From Octopus sinensis (taxonomy: Eukaryota), in assembly GCF_006345805.1 (NCBI RefSeq), contig NC_043015.1, positions 12,462,001 through 12,526,000 of the forward strand: a DNA stretch of 64,000 nt, read 5' to 3'. The notes beneath the pieces were generated by a model that made no database searches, was not told the DNA's origin, and saw nothing but the letters and a program-made list of their open reading frames with translations. Positions 38,853 to 51,079 of this stretch are shown here, one piece after another. The position numbers and the translations under genes are program-made. Each line of letters starts with the position of its first letter. Position 1 is the first letter of the stretch.

Positions 38853-40570
38853 ACCATGCTCTTGTAATTCTTAACAACTTGTCTTCAACATTGACTACTC
38901 CAGACTTCCTTTTATTTACTTTTCTCAATTTTTTTTTAAAGTAATCTAGGACCAAAAATCCAGAGTATGTGCTAAAATTGAAGTAACCTGAAACAATTTG
39001 TTAGAGAAACATCCAATATTCTTAATACACATCTTGACTCTCCATATGGAAATAATATATTTCTTCCTAAGGATCAATCTAATAACAGCTATTAGGAAAA
39101 TATTTAGATTATTGCAACTATCTTCATTTTGAACACACTCACACACTCACACACACACACACACACATACATCAGTTATAATGGTTCTTGTTCATATACT
39201 TTTGTTCTATATTTATTGTATGTCACTTTTCTTTGAATTTTCCCTTTCTTTCAGTTATTTTTTTATATATGTAACTTTGAACCCTGATAAGTCTTTTGAG
39301 CATATTTTTTTCACACTTATTAGAAATGCTAAGAAGTCTATAAATTTATTAATTTAAGGTTTTACATGATTAAGTCTCTAATTTAAATAAATAAATAAAT
39401 AACCAAACAGCAACTAACTAAATTAAGACATACAACTTACCTAGTAAGTCATTGATCTAGTCTTTTTATTGATGACACCTGTTAATAATAGTCATCTTGA
39501 GAGTTATTCCTTTGTAAATACACCTAAGAAGGTTGACAATAATACATATTGTCCATATCTGAAATTGGTTATTTTTGACACTATTTGTGAAATAATATTG
39601 CATATAAAATTAGAGGTTAAAAAGGAAAAAGACATTTCTCCCCCAACACACACTTTTCAGCTTTTTGATTTCTTAGATATTTCACGATCAATAATTACTC
39701 TTTGAAATCAATACAAACACCAAAAACTAAAAAGTTTGTTCAGTGTAGCACAACTGATTGTAATTTTTACAGTTTTGTTTTCTAATTGAATGGTATTGTA
39801 GTTGGATTCTAAATGAAAATCATATAAAATGTTACTGGACTCTGCAAAAATCATAAGCCTGCTTTGTTTCTTGTCTGTCCTGTTGTTGTGAATTTACTTG
39901 AAATAGAAACTAGTGTTTTATAAACATATGCTTCACAGAACTAAGCATACATTTATTTTTCATGATCATACTCAAAATAAATGTTTTAATTAATCACTAT
40001 TGACTTCATCATTACTGTTCAAATTTATTATTATTTTTCAAATTCTGAACCTATGTTCTGTACATGTTTATTTAACAATGGTTATAGAAAAAGAGTATAT
40101 TTTAATGCTGACTGTTTATTTATCTCTAATGAAAAGGTTTAGAAATATCAAATTTTCTCATGGAGAAGTTGACATTTTCACAAAATTTTGCATAACAAAA
40201 TCTATTAATTTTTTTAATGACAGTTCATAAATGATTTTAATAATCATTGAAGAAAGATGCTAATCTCAGACAAAATATTAAATGTTAGGCAGTAACTGTC
40301 AGCTCTTTGGTTTTGTTTTTATTTTTCAATTTTTTTTTCTAGCAAAAGTTAATTGATATTTTCTGTGTGCCTTTCAGTTTTAAGGAATATAACAATCGTG
40401 TATATTAACAGAGTTCATATGGCCAAACCATATAGTTGTTGATGTATAAAAGAAAAAAATAGCACTCCATCAGTTATGGTGACACAGGTTCCAATTGATC
40501 CAATCAACAGAACAGCCTACTAGTGAAATTAATGTGCAAGTGGCCGAGCATTTGACAGACACATGTACCC

Positions 40571-40798
40571 TTAACCCTTTAGCATTTAAACCGGCCATAT
40601 CCGGCCCAAATATACTTCCTGTTTTATGTTCTAACCATCCAGGATCAAGCCTATCATACCTACCCTTCAATGCCATTATAAAATGTACAGTCACATCATC
40701 AAAATTTCAAAGCTGCAAAATAATGCAGGATTAATTAAAAACAATTTGAATGAAAAAGTGTTACATTTGACAGAATAATCTGAATGCTAAAGGTTTAA
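40571..40798. mobile_element. TTAA MITE nested in a - strand SINE (~40470-41000)
   Basis: Ends read ttaa-ccctttagcatt ... aatgctaaaggt-ttaa. The flanks rejoin into SINE sequence related to 19624-20010. Confidence 0.75.
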
Positions 40799-43089
40799 TG
40801 TAGTTCTCAGGGAGATTCAGCATAACACAGAATGTGACAAAGCTGGCCCTTTCAAATACAGGTACAACTCACTTTTGACAGCTGAGTGGACTGGAGCAAT
40901 GTGAAATGGAGTGTCTTGTTCAAGGACACAGTATGCTGCCAGGAATCAAGCTCACTATTTACGGTTGTGAGCTGAATACTCTAACCGCTAAGCTACATGC
41001 CTTCCTGTTGATAATTAAGCTGATAACAAAAATGCATAGGATAAGGAGTTAAAGGTTCATTACTAGGTATGTGCTTCCTTGAGGAAGATACTGGGCATAA
41101 TTAAACCCATCTGAAAATAGGTACCAGTTAATTAAGAAAGTACTTGAAGGTTAGTGAGAGATTTGATAATTATTTTTACATGAACGAAATATTTTATATA
41201 AACAACTTTTATATATCACTGCGTTCTAAGAAAGGGTTAAATGCATTGATGAACGATGAAAATGTTCAACATTTTAGAAGCTGAGAAAGCAAAAGATGAG
41301 CCTTGATTGAGCAGACCTTCAATCAAAAGGATTCCAGTAATGACTACTTCACTTTTTCAAGTCCATATTCAATGTGTTCTTTCTTTTTTAAGGTGGTACA
41401 GTGTGACTTGAAGGTGATTTGGCTTCTCTTTCTAACAAACTGGATCAACACATGAAAGCTTTTGACTTGTCTAACTGTAATTTAGTTACTCTGGAAAATT
41501 ACTTTAGGTTATTTAGGATTTCAATTTATCCACATATACTGTTATTAAGCAAGCAAAAGATATAGAAATATGATTACCTATCACTGAGTGGTAGGTAAAA
41601 CAACTTTGTATAGTCTATCACCAGATATGGACAAAGAAATCAGCTTGATCATTTATCACACAAGTTGATTTTTAAACTTTTGTCTGAGAATTTCTGAAAC
41701 ACCTATTTCAGCATTAAGTAGTGTCTCTGATAATAGTATTTTCATTCATGATTAAGTTTACTGATTATATACCAATCACTATCCCAAAAGAACAACAAAT
41801 TACCACCCTCACATAAGGTAGATTAATAGATATTTAGTTGAGTAGAAAATGTTCAAAAGGAAAAGAATCTAATCTAAAAGTGAAAATGCCAATTGACAGT
41901 TTCACTGATGGCAAAGTTTGAAATGATAATTTCAGCCAATAATTGTCCTTAACTTTTGGATTAGATATTTTTCCCATAATATTTCATATCTTTCACTTGA
42001 ATATTGATCTTATTAATTCTGTTGTATTTGACAAATTGGCATTTTTGCTGTTGCTGATTATATAAAATTTCTCTTTTTTTCAAATGTAAAGTTGGTTTCA
42101 AATTTTGGTACAAGTCTAGCAAGTTCATGGTAGGGAATAAGTCAATTACATTGACCCTAGAGCTCGACTGATACTTATTTTATCAACCTTGAAAGAATGA
42201 AAGGCAAAGTGGATCTCAGTAGAATTTCAACTCAGAATGTAAAAATGGGCAAAATGCTTAGCAGCATTTTGCCCAGTGCAGTAAAGATTCTGCCAGCTCT
42301 CTGTCTTTTTTTCAAATGTAATATTACCATATTTTCTGGCTTACAAGTCAACACAGTATTAAGTGTGTGTATAAATGTAGTGTAAGCATACCAACATCAC
42401 TATCTTTCCAAATTCCATTTCATTTCACTTGGAATTTTTGATCCTCCAATGTTGTCATGGTGTATAAGTTGCTTTTTGGCTGTAAATTTTGGTCTGAATG
42501 ATTCGATTTGTATGCTGGAAGACCTGGTATATTTCAAGCTTTCTATCAAAATGACAGACCCATAGTTCCCATTATTTTGTTTAACTTTCAACCACAAAGA
42601 ACCCCAATATTTTCTTACAAGAACTGGCCTTGTGATATATTCAAACAAGATCAGCAATAATGCTCACTGATATAATAACTGTATTCCCCTTCATCTGAAA
42701 CTCCATTCAAAACTGGATCGTGAAGCAGAATTGTAACATCTGAAAATGTAGCTAAACAGAGTTCAATAAAAAGTCAGTTCTTTAGTCTCTTTACTACACT
42801 GGTTACTAGTTAAGGTTCTCACCTTGAACCAATATTTTGTTATTTTATGATTCTACTAATTGACCCAACTCAATGCTTCCTCAAGTGAGATACTTCATAG
42901 TGTATGGTACTGGACCAGTAATTGCTCAGAGATGTAGTGAGGCTTTTTGGAGATGAATCATTAATTAGACAAAATGAGTGAGAGGGGAGACCATTGGTGT
43001 AACGATCTGGGAGTTGTTGATTCATGGATATTTGATATAGTTATAGAGCTGTAAAGACGTGTTTTTGGAATTCATTATTTGGTACCAAT

Positions 43090-43640
43090 CATCATCATCC
43101 TCATCATTTAGCATCCGCTTTCCATGCTAGCATGGGTTGGACGGTTCAACTGGGGTCTGGGAAGCCAGGAGGCTGCATCAGGCCCAGTCTGAGCTGGCAG
43201 TGTTTCTACGGCTGGATGCCCTTCCTAATGCCAACCACTCTGTGAGTGTAGTGGGTGCTTTTTACATGCCACTGGCACAGGTGCCAGATGAGGCTGGCAA
43301 CGGCCACGATTGGATGGTGCTTTTTACGTGCCACCGGCACGGAGGTCAGTCGGGCTGGTGCTGGCAACGGCCACATTTGGATGGTTCTCTTATGTGCCAC
43401 CGGCACTGGTATCACAACTACAATTTCCATTGATTTTGATCGATTTCGATTTCACTTGCCTCAACAGGTCTTCGCAAGTGGAGTTTTGTGTCCCAAGAAG
43501 GAAAGGTATGCATAAGTGGACTGGCTACATCCCAGGTAGAGGTCACGGGTTATGGTCTCACTTGTCCTGCCGGGTATTCTCACGCACAGCATACTTCCAA
43601 AGATCTCAAACATTAGGTCTCACCGAGGCAATGACTAGTG
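43090..43640 (-). mobile_element. RTE LINE 3' end fragment
   Basis: (CAT)n followed by the gctggatgcccttcctaatgccaaccac 3' UTR family, then LINE tail coding remnants. Confidence 0.75.
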
Positions 43641-45133
43641 GTTAGTACCAATAATTTGTGAAAATATTGTCCCCGATAATGTGGTTTGATCAGATCACTG
43701 GACATCATACATCAATAATGGAGGAGAAGATGGACTTTAGCATTGCATTAAAGAACAGTAAATCCAAAGAAGAACTGTCTTTGTGATGATCTATCCAACT
43801 TTTGCAAGCAGGAAAAGCAGCTATAAAATAATGATACAATATACATGGATGAAAGGAGGTGTGATAGATTCACTCTTTCCTCTTGGGCTGGAGACCACAT
43901 AGAAAAGTATCCCAATGGAAAATTTTTTTATTAGAAATTAGTGTTTATTTTGTTTTGTGTCAAATTTCAGACAAATCAGTCCTTCTGTTCTGCAGTTATA
44001 CCATGAATGTTTTAGGTTGCCTCAAAGTTATATGAGAGGAGACCAATATTCCTTGCAAACAGCTAAGGCAGCGTGCATCCTCTTTTATTTATATTTTTGT
44101 GACAGTTTTATTATAAGAGGAAAAAGTTTGACAAGATCCATTTACTGACACTAAGATATGAAAATAGATTCAAGGGAGGGAAGAAAGACTAGAGAATCAA
44201 AAATAAGAGCAAAGAAGATGAAACAGAGTAAACTTTTTAAAAAATGGTTAAGATTCATGTAAATTAGAAATTAATTACACTTTAAGTTATGTGGACAATG
44301 AGCATCTCTATAGAAGCCTTCCAAAAGTGACCAAGAAGCTCTGAGAATGACTTCTCCACATGTCCGGTCATTGCATGCAGCATTAAGAGGTATTAAAATT
44401 TGTTCTTTGGGGACCTATAACATGATCCCAGCCCCTGCGAGAGATATCATCTGATGTTTATGATCAATTGGAAAAAAGACAGGATTTGATTCTTATCCAC
44501 TTACTGAAGGTGGTGATGATGGATCAAGATGCTTGACAAAATGGCTTTGTCTTCAAGGAGCAGGTGAGAACTGGCCAAAGTAAGTAATGTGGAAGAGTAA
44601 TTGAATATGCAGTACCAGAAAAAATATTCAGCAATATGCCATGCAGTAGGATTGAACCCAGAATCAAGTGGTTGGGAAGCAAGCCTCTTACTGCACCAGT
44701 GTCCATAAAGGATATAGCTCTTTCCCAAGTCCTATGGACTCATAAGGCTTGTTTCTCAGTTCCTGTAGTGTATATATTCCCCCATGGATATGACAGTCTG
44801 TGGCAAGGTTACTCATTTTTGCCAGCTGAGTGAATTGGAGCAATGTGAAATAAAGTATTTTACTCAAAAACACAACACGTTGTCCAATCCAGGAGTCAAA
44901 ACTACAATCCAACACCCTAACCCACAGAATCATGTGCCTCCATATTTTAAGAATTTCATGTGTATTAATAGACATCAAACAGACTCTGTTTTAAAAAAAG
45001 GTACGATGCCAGAAACACCATAAGAGAGACCTGTCAGTCGTGTCCGTTATAACATCTACCTTTCTGGTCTCTGTTGCTGAAGGGGAGATAACCACTCCGA
45101 AGTGCATGTATGTCAGCAGTGAGAAAATTAAGG

Positions 45134-45480
45134 TTATCTCTGCAGATGTTCAATAGAAATTATAGCCACCACTGATTTTTTAATGAAGTTTCTTATCAGA
45201 AGATGTCTAATGTAAACAACGATGCAATCGATGATGGTAAAATAGGTAATGGGTGTATATGCATATTTCAGGAGTTCTTGCTCCTTCTCCAACACCACTT
45301 CCAATCCATTAACCATCCATGAACACATTTGCATATGAAATCCTGAAATTTGCATATGCACCCATTACCCATTTTGCCATCTTCGATTGCATTGTTGTTT
45401 ACATTAGACATCTTCAGATATGAAACATCATAACAAATCAGTGCTGGCTTATAATTTCTATAGAGAATCTGTAGAGATGA
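45134..45480. repeat. Diverged ~140-bp-arm inverted repeat (foldback/MITE-like)
   Basis: 45134-45272 is the approximate reverse complement of 45341-45480 (e.g. agatgtctaatgtaaacaac / gttgtttacattagacatct). Confidence 0.75.
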
Positions 45481-45559
45481 CCTTAACATGTGATTTAATA
45501 GCACTGCTAACTCAGTAGGACACAGTATTGACTTATAAAGCATTCAATATACTTTATGT

Positions 45560-46005
45560 TAATGAAATTATTGTATACAGTGCTCAGGCGCACCACAACT
45601 TGTCAAAAGTGTGTATAAAGCATATGCAGTAATGTACAAATGTCTGGGAAGTGAACAGTGTATGCGTCAGCTACATGCTTGGATGTGTATGGAGGGGAGA
45701 AAATCAGGTGTAGTGTTGGCGAAACTCAGGAAGCATGGAAGTTTTGAAGGACAACTAATAACTGATGCCGGCAGTTTGTTCCATACTTCAGCAACGCTTA
45801 GCATGAAAAAATGTTTCCAAAAGTCATGGGAGCTGTGCTGTTTTCTGACTTTGTAAACATGTCCATGGGTGTTAGACAGGTGGTGTTTGAAAAGGTGCTC
45901 AGAGTTATTGTTTGTAAGATGGTTAATAATTTTATGGGTGTCTGCCATGTCAGCTGCCAGACGTTGGAGTTTCAATGTATCCATGCCCAGGGAAGTAAGG
46001 CGTTC
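45560..46005 (-). mobile_element. CR1-like LINE 3' fragment
   Basis: Encodes MDTLKLQRLAADM...[30 protein letters not shown], the same family as 47115-50193. Confidence 0.85.
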
Positions 46006-47149
46006 AGCCTTTTTTTACCGAAAAGGCTTCTCCCCAAAACAAAACAATAATATGCCTAAATCGGTCTAGAGTGGGATATGAGGGTGCGTGTGGAGTGTGG
46101 GTCGTATTGTAAAAATTTGCAAAATATTTTTTCATAAAAGGATGCCCCAGATTGTCAGAGGCTGTGATATAAATTCAGAAAAAAATCCTCGACACCAGTG
46201 CGTAATTGGTACTTAATTTATCGACCCCGAAACGATGAAACATTGACCCCACCCCATTTCTGGTTTATTTACCTTTTGTGTAAATTTGTTCCGGCAAGGG
46301 GCAAAACACAGAGGGGACAAAGCATGAGATACAAAAGTATTAAGTCGATTCTATCGACACCAGTGCGAACTCACGAACGTGTATGTATGCTTGTGTGTGT
46401 TTGTATATCTCCGTTTGTATGTGTGTGTACGCTTATATATTAATTACTATGTGCTTGTGCAAATGTATATGCATGTGTTTGAGAGTGTGACAGAGTGTGT
46501 GTGTATGTATCTGAATATATGTGTGTGTGTGTGTGTATGCAGCGTGCGTCTCCTCGTTTGTTTATCAATATCGATAACGCAGCAAATGATTTGAGCTCAA
46601 ATGCTGGCAATTCATTGGTTAAAATTCGAAGAATTAAACTACGTTAAACTTACAAATTACAATTTTCTCAAAAAAGCCAAGTGAAAATAATGTTTTCTTT
46701 TGACACATTCTACCAGTATACGGAGTTTCAAATTGTTTAGTTAACTAGAAATTGTGTTGAATTCCATCCATCAAAAGGAAAAGATCCAACGTATTAGCGA
46801 TGCTTCTGCAATCGATAGATTCATATCTATTGTGACGCAGGGGATATGAAACTTGTGATTTGTTCGAAAAATAAAGGAATGTATTTCGGACTTTCGCCTT
46901 AACAAAATTCTTTTCTAGTCTAGGCACAAGACCCGATTTTTGGGGAGGGGGCCCAGTCGATTAGATCAACTCCAGTTAATTGCTAGTTGCGTACAGGGTC
47001 GATCTAATCGACTGGCCCCCTCCCCCAAAATTTCGGGCCTTATACCTAGAGTAGAAAAATTATTTCGAACAGCCTAATGACGGAAGCCAGTTAAAATATA
47101 AATACGTATATATAATAATAATAAACATTGTGTACAGTGCTCAGGTGCA

Positions 47150-49933
47150 CTACAACTCATCTAAAGTGCATATATAATCAGGTGTAGTTTCGACGGATTT
47201 CGGAAAGCATGAGGGCCTTAAAGGATGCAGTGTCATGGCAGTCAACAACTGATGCAGGCAGTTTATTCCATGCTTCAGCGTGAAGAAATGTTTCCGAAAG
47301 TCATGGGAGCTGTGTTGTTTTCTGACTTTGTAGGCATGTCCACGTGTGTTAGACACATGGAGATCAAAAAGGTGTTCAGTGTTGTTATTGGTGAGGTGGT
47401 TGACAACTTTGTGGGCGTTTACCAAGTCCGTCGCCAGACGCCGGAGCTTCAGTGAATCCATGCCCAGGGAAACAAGGCGCTCAGAATATGGTAGGTGTCT
47501 GATGGAGGGTATGCGTTTGGTTGCACGTCTCTGAACCGATTCCAGGAGGTCAATGTTCTGAGCAAGATAGGGTTTCCAAACTGATGATGCGAATTCCAAG
47601 TGTGGTCGTACCATAGCTGTATACAGTTTTAAATAGATGGCTGGAGAGTGGCTAACAAAAGTCTTGCTGAGTGATGCCAAGACACCCTCGGCCTTCTTGA
47701 CAATTTTAGAGATATGCTTTGTCCAACGCAAATCACTGCTGACAGTGATACCTAGGTCACGCTCGCATAAGGATTTCTTGATATCAGTGTTGTGGAGGGA
47801 GTATGTGGACGCAGGGTTTTTTCTCCCAAAATGCATGGTGGTACACTTGTCCACAGCCAGTTTCAGTTGCCAGTCTGTGATCCATTGCTGCATTGTGTCC
47901 AGGTCTGATTGCAGGAAAGAGCTGTAGACAACAGGATCTGTCCTCTTGATTTCAAGGTACAGCTTGATGTCGTCTGCATATTTTAATACTGTGGCATTCT
48001 TTAAATTTGCATCTATGTCATTAATGTATGCCACAAACAAGAGGGGACCAAGGACAGATCCCTGTGGTACATCCGATGACATCTCATATGGTGTAGAATG
48101 CTGTCCTAGAACTGTGACTACCTCCTTTCGGTTGAGAATGAAGGATTTCAACCAGTTAAAAAGGTCATCCCTCACACCCATTGCAGAGAGTTTCACCATA
48201 AGCCTTTTGTGTGGCACAGAGTTGAAAGCCTTAGCAAAGTCAAGGTAGACAACATCCACCCATGAGCCACTGTCAGAGATCTGAGTAATGTCCTCAAGGA
48301 ACTCGACAAGCTGATCACTGCAGCTGGAGTTAGGGACAAATCCATATTGTGAGGGTCGGATGAGACTGTGTGAGCTCCAGAAGTTCCAAAGTGTTTCTCT
48401 GACACACGATTCCATCAGTTTTGCAATACAGCTAGTGAGACTGACTGGGCGATAGTTGACAGGTGATGTGCGGTCGCCCTTTTTGAACAGAGGAATGACA
48501 CTGGCAGTTTTCCACTGTTCCAGAGTAGCACCATTGTTGAGACAGTACTGGAAGAAAATAGAGAGCTGGTGTAAAAGGAAGTACCTGCCACGTTTGAGAA
48601 GCAGGTATGTAACTCCATCAAGACCAGGGGAGGCATAGTTGCGCTTATTTTGAAGGTGACATCGCAGCATTGCAGGTGTAAATTCCATAGTTGTTATGGA
48701 ATTTGCTGTTAGAGATGGTGAAGATGGTACATTTTGATTTTCAACAGTGAATATGTTTTCATAGCACTCGGCAATGAGTTCTGCGCATTCCTTGGGGTCG
48801 TCAGTGATCTGGTTTGTGTGAGGATTGCGAAGAGGACCCACTGGAGAGTGAGGTCTCTGCTTTGAATGCACATATTTCCAGAAAACCTTGTTGTCAGGAT
48901 TGGCTGCTATGCACTGTTCAAATTCAAGCACTGCTTTTTTTGTCACTTGCTTGAGATGGTTGGAAGATTTATTCCGCTTCTTCCTGTTGGTGTCTGATTT
49001 ATGCAACTTGTATTCCCGTTCAGCAGTCCGACGTTCCTTCCTGGCAAGTCTGACCGCTGAAGTTTCCCAAATTGCCCTTTTGGGGCGGTTCTTCTTTTTC
49101 TGTTTACGTGGCACTGATGCTGCACATGCTGCCCATATTGAGTCCAGGATACTCTGGAGTATAGTATTCACATCTCCAGAGTTGTAGAAATCATGCCAGT
49201 TTGGGTGCTGTAGTTCAGTGTGGTACAGGTTCCCATCTGCTCTCTTCCAATCGAAGGAAGCAGATTGGAGATGGTTCAGGTTTTTGTTGCCCGCAAGAGC
49301 CAGATTGGCGATGATCATAGCATGGTCAGAGTCACCTAGAGGTTCCTCCGTAGTGCAATTGATAACCGCTTCAGGAGTTGTGGTGAAGAGCAGGTCCAAG
49401 GTGCTGTCGCCTCTTGTTGGAGAGGTGACTACTTGTGACCAGTTTGAGTCCAGCACAAGCTCAACAAAATCGTTTGCACTCTGTGGCCAATGGAAGGTTT
49501 CCCAATTGATCTCAGGATGATTGAAATCGCCTGCAACAAAAACATAAGTGGCTGTTTTCCTGGCAGCAGCTCGGAGGATATTGCAAAGCTGTGTGTCCTG
49601 ATGGTAATTTGGGGGACGATAAACAACGCCAAGCAGGAGTGTTGACATGGTCATACGTACGTCACAGAAAAAAACTTCTTCTTGTGATTCGTTCAAATCG
49701 GCACAAGGAATTACCAAAAAATTTGAACGAACGCAGACCATCACACCACCACCACGGCGGTTAATGCGGTCCTTACGGAAGAGGTTGTACCCCGTAATGC
49801 TGAAAACCCCGTCACAGAGTAAGGAATGCGCCCATGTTTCCGTGACAGTGATGAAGTCAGGGTCAATACTTCTGACGTAGGCGTTGAACAAATGAATTTT
49901 GTTGCACAAACTGCGAGCATTTAAGGACAACAA
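47150..49933 (-). CDS. LINE ORF2: APE endonuclease + reverse transcriptase (C-terminal frameshift)
   Basis: EN motifs LNARSL, VTETW, YRPP, GDFNHP, DSDH. RT motifs YRPVSLTS, QYGF, DFAKAF, VPQGSVLGPLLF, YADD. A 10-nt deletion near 47275 relative to the 34970 copy shifts the last ~40 aa. Confidence 0.93.
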   Translation of the reverse strand: MLSLNARSLCNKIHLFNAYVRSIDPDFITVTETWAHSLLCDGVFSITGYNLFRKDRINRRGGGVMVCVRSNFLVIPCADLNESQEEVFFCDVRMTMSTLLLGVVYRPPNYHQDTQLCNILRAAARKTATYVFVAGDFNHPEINWETFHWPQSANDFVELVLDSNWSQVVTSPTRGDSTLDLLFTTTPEAVINCTTEEPLGDSDHAMIIANLALAGNKNLNHLQSASFDWKRADGNLYHTELQHPNWHDFYNSGDVNTILQSILDSIWAACAASVPRKQKKKNRPKRAIWETSAVRLARKERRTAEREYKLHKSDTNRKKRNKSSNHLKQVTKKAVLEFEQCIAANPDNKVFWKYVHSKQRPHSPVGPLRNPHTNQITDDPKECAELIAECYENIFTVENQNVPSSPSLTANSITTMEFTPAMLRCHLQNKRNYASPGLDGVTYLLLKRGRYFLLHQLSIFFQYCLNNGATLEQWKTASVIPLFKKGDRTSPVNYRPVSLTSCIAKLMESCVRETLWNFWSSHSLIRPSQYGFVPNSSCSDQLVEFLEDITQISDSGSWVDVVYLDFAKAFNSVPHKRLMVKLSAMGVRDDLFNWLKSFILNRKEVVTVLGQHSTPYEMSSDVPQGSVLGPLLFVAYINDIDANLKNATVLKYADDIKLYLEIKRTDPVVYSSFLQSDLDTMQQWITDWQLKLAVDKCTTMHFGRKNPASTYSLHNTDIKKSLCERDLGITVSSDLRWTKHISKIVKKAEGVLASLSKTFVSHSPAIYLKLYTAMVRPHLEFASSVWKPYLAQNIDLLESVQRRATKRIPSIRHLPYSERLVSLGMDSLKLRRLATDLVNAHKVVNHLTNNNTEHLFDLHVSNTRGHAYKVRKQHSSHDFRKHFFTLKHGINCLHQLLTAMTLHPLRPSCFPKSVETTPDYICTLDEL

Positions 49934-49989
49934 TTTGTACCCTGCTTGCAGTTTATGATGGTGTGTAGAGGATGGCAGGTTTTTCAGGT

Positions 49990-50193
49990 TTAGTTTCCCT
50001 GAGTTGCTGTAGTTTTTTTAGTTTTTTTTTCAGTGACAGTCATTGTGGGTAGTGAGCACTCAGACCAGCTGTTATCTCTCTTCCACGTTTCACCCGTCTT
50101 AACAAATCTCCAGATTTGTCCATCTTCACGAAGACTGAAGCTTTCATGTAGAGCTGAGTTCCGGTTCAGGGAAGCCGCTACACATAGCTTCGG
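49990..50193 (-). CDS. LINE ORF1 C-terminal remnant
   Basis: An open frame of 67 sense codons, PKLCVAASLN...KTTATQGN*, overlaps the ORF2 frame and is cut off at the element's 5' truncation point. Confidence 0.65.
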   Translation of the reverse strand, partial: PKLCVAASLNRNSALHESFSLREDGQIWRFVKTGETWKRDNSWSECSLPTMTVTEKKTKKTTATQGN

Positions 50194-50249
50194 ACGTATA
50201 TATATATATAAGTAGTTGAATGAATTATCTTAGTATGGATAATTCGGTT

Positions 50250-50676
50250 AACCGATACCTGGGTAGCAAATTTACGTCAGAAAAACACGGTTGAAACTAC
50301 ATGCCAAGGGCAGAGATCACGTGCTTTCGTGTGGAAATTTGTGTGTTTTTTTAATACAAATAAATAAATATATATATATATATATATGCTACGTATACAG
50401 TATAATGTTATAGAATAAAAAGTAAATATTTAACATATACAAGTATAAATTAATACATTTCTAAAGCAGTGTATGTTTAATGCTCATCAATTCGCTTAAG
50501 AAGAAAAGAACATCGCCTGTTTACTCAATCCTGAGTATTCTTCTATTCCCGAAAGCCAAAGTCAGCTGTTGAGCATCGTATTGTTGTTCTTTCTGCGAGG
50601 GTTATCTCCCCTGTCAGCGTATCGTCCGTCAGTCGCCGTTGGTTCCTCGTAATTTGAAAAACTGTTCTTTGCAAAC
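50250..50676. promoter_or_regulatory. Putative promoter / 5' UTR region
   Basis: CpG-retaining unique sequence upstream of ATG 50677. Contains CRE-like TTACGTCA (50272-50279), an ACTACA..CC motif reminiscent of ZNF143/THAP11 sites (50296-50313) and E-box CACGTG (50318-50323). Confidence 0.45.
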
Positions 50677-50772
50677 ATGGATAATAGTATTATTATCCTA
50701 GATTCTAGTGACTCAGAAGCAAGTATTTTGGAAATTACTCCCGTGATAAGAGTTCCACATTTGACTTGTCGG
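50677..50772 (+). CDS. Putative first coding exon of an unidentified SIM-containing protein
   Basis: Good Kozak context aaacATGG; encodes MDNSIIILDSSDSEASILEITPVIRVPHLTCR; phase-0 donor cgg|gtatgt. Confidence 0.65.
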
Positions 50773-51079
50773 GTATGTATCTGAAAAAATAAATGTCTTC
50801 TTTCTTTTTCGCTGAATAAATTTTGTATTTATATGAAATAGTGTCTTCTTCGTTCGACCACATCTTTTAAGAAATTTATTCTACACCGCTTTTCAACCCT
50901 TTTATTTGAATGAGTTTTTTTCCACGTACCCCCTTTTAATGTGCTTATACATAGGTATGAATTTTTGAATTTAGTTTGTAGCGAACACTAGTGTTTGCTA
51001 CGAGTTCAAGGACCTCTACTACCATCTTTGCCGACCCCAGGTTGGGAACCCCTGTTCTACGAAAACAAATTACAGAATA

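Larger units (their letters stand above)
47115..50193 (-). mobile_element. Young 5'-truncated CR1-group non-LTR retrotransposon
   Basis: Contains the ORF1 3' end, ORF2 (EN+RT), a short 3' UTR and a (TAT)n tail. TSD ACGTATATATA at 47104-47114 and 50194-50204. Confidence 0.92.

Noticed and set aside
42400-42657. 85-aa - strand ORF as a protein-coding gene
   Set aside because: It has no ATG start, is preceded by an in-frame stop within the candidate exon, and shows no recognisable domain.
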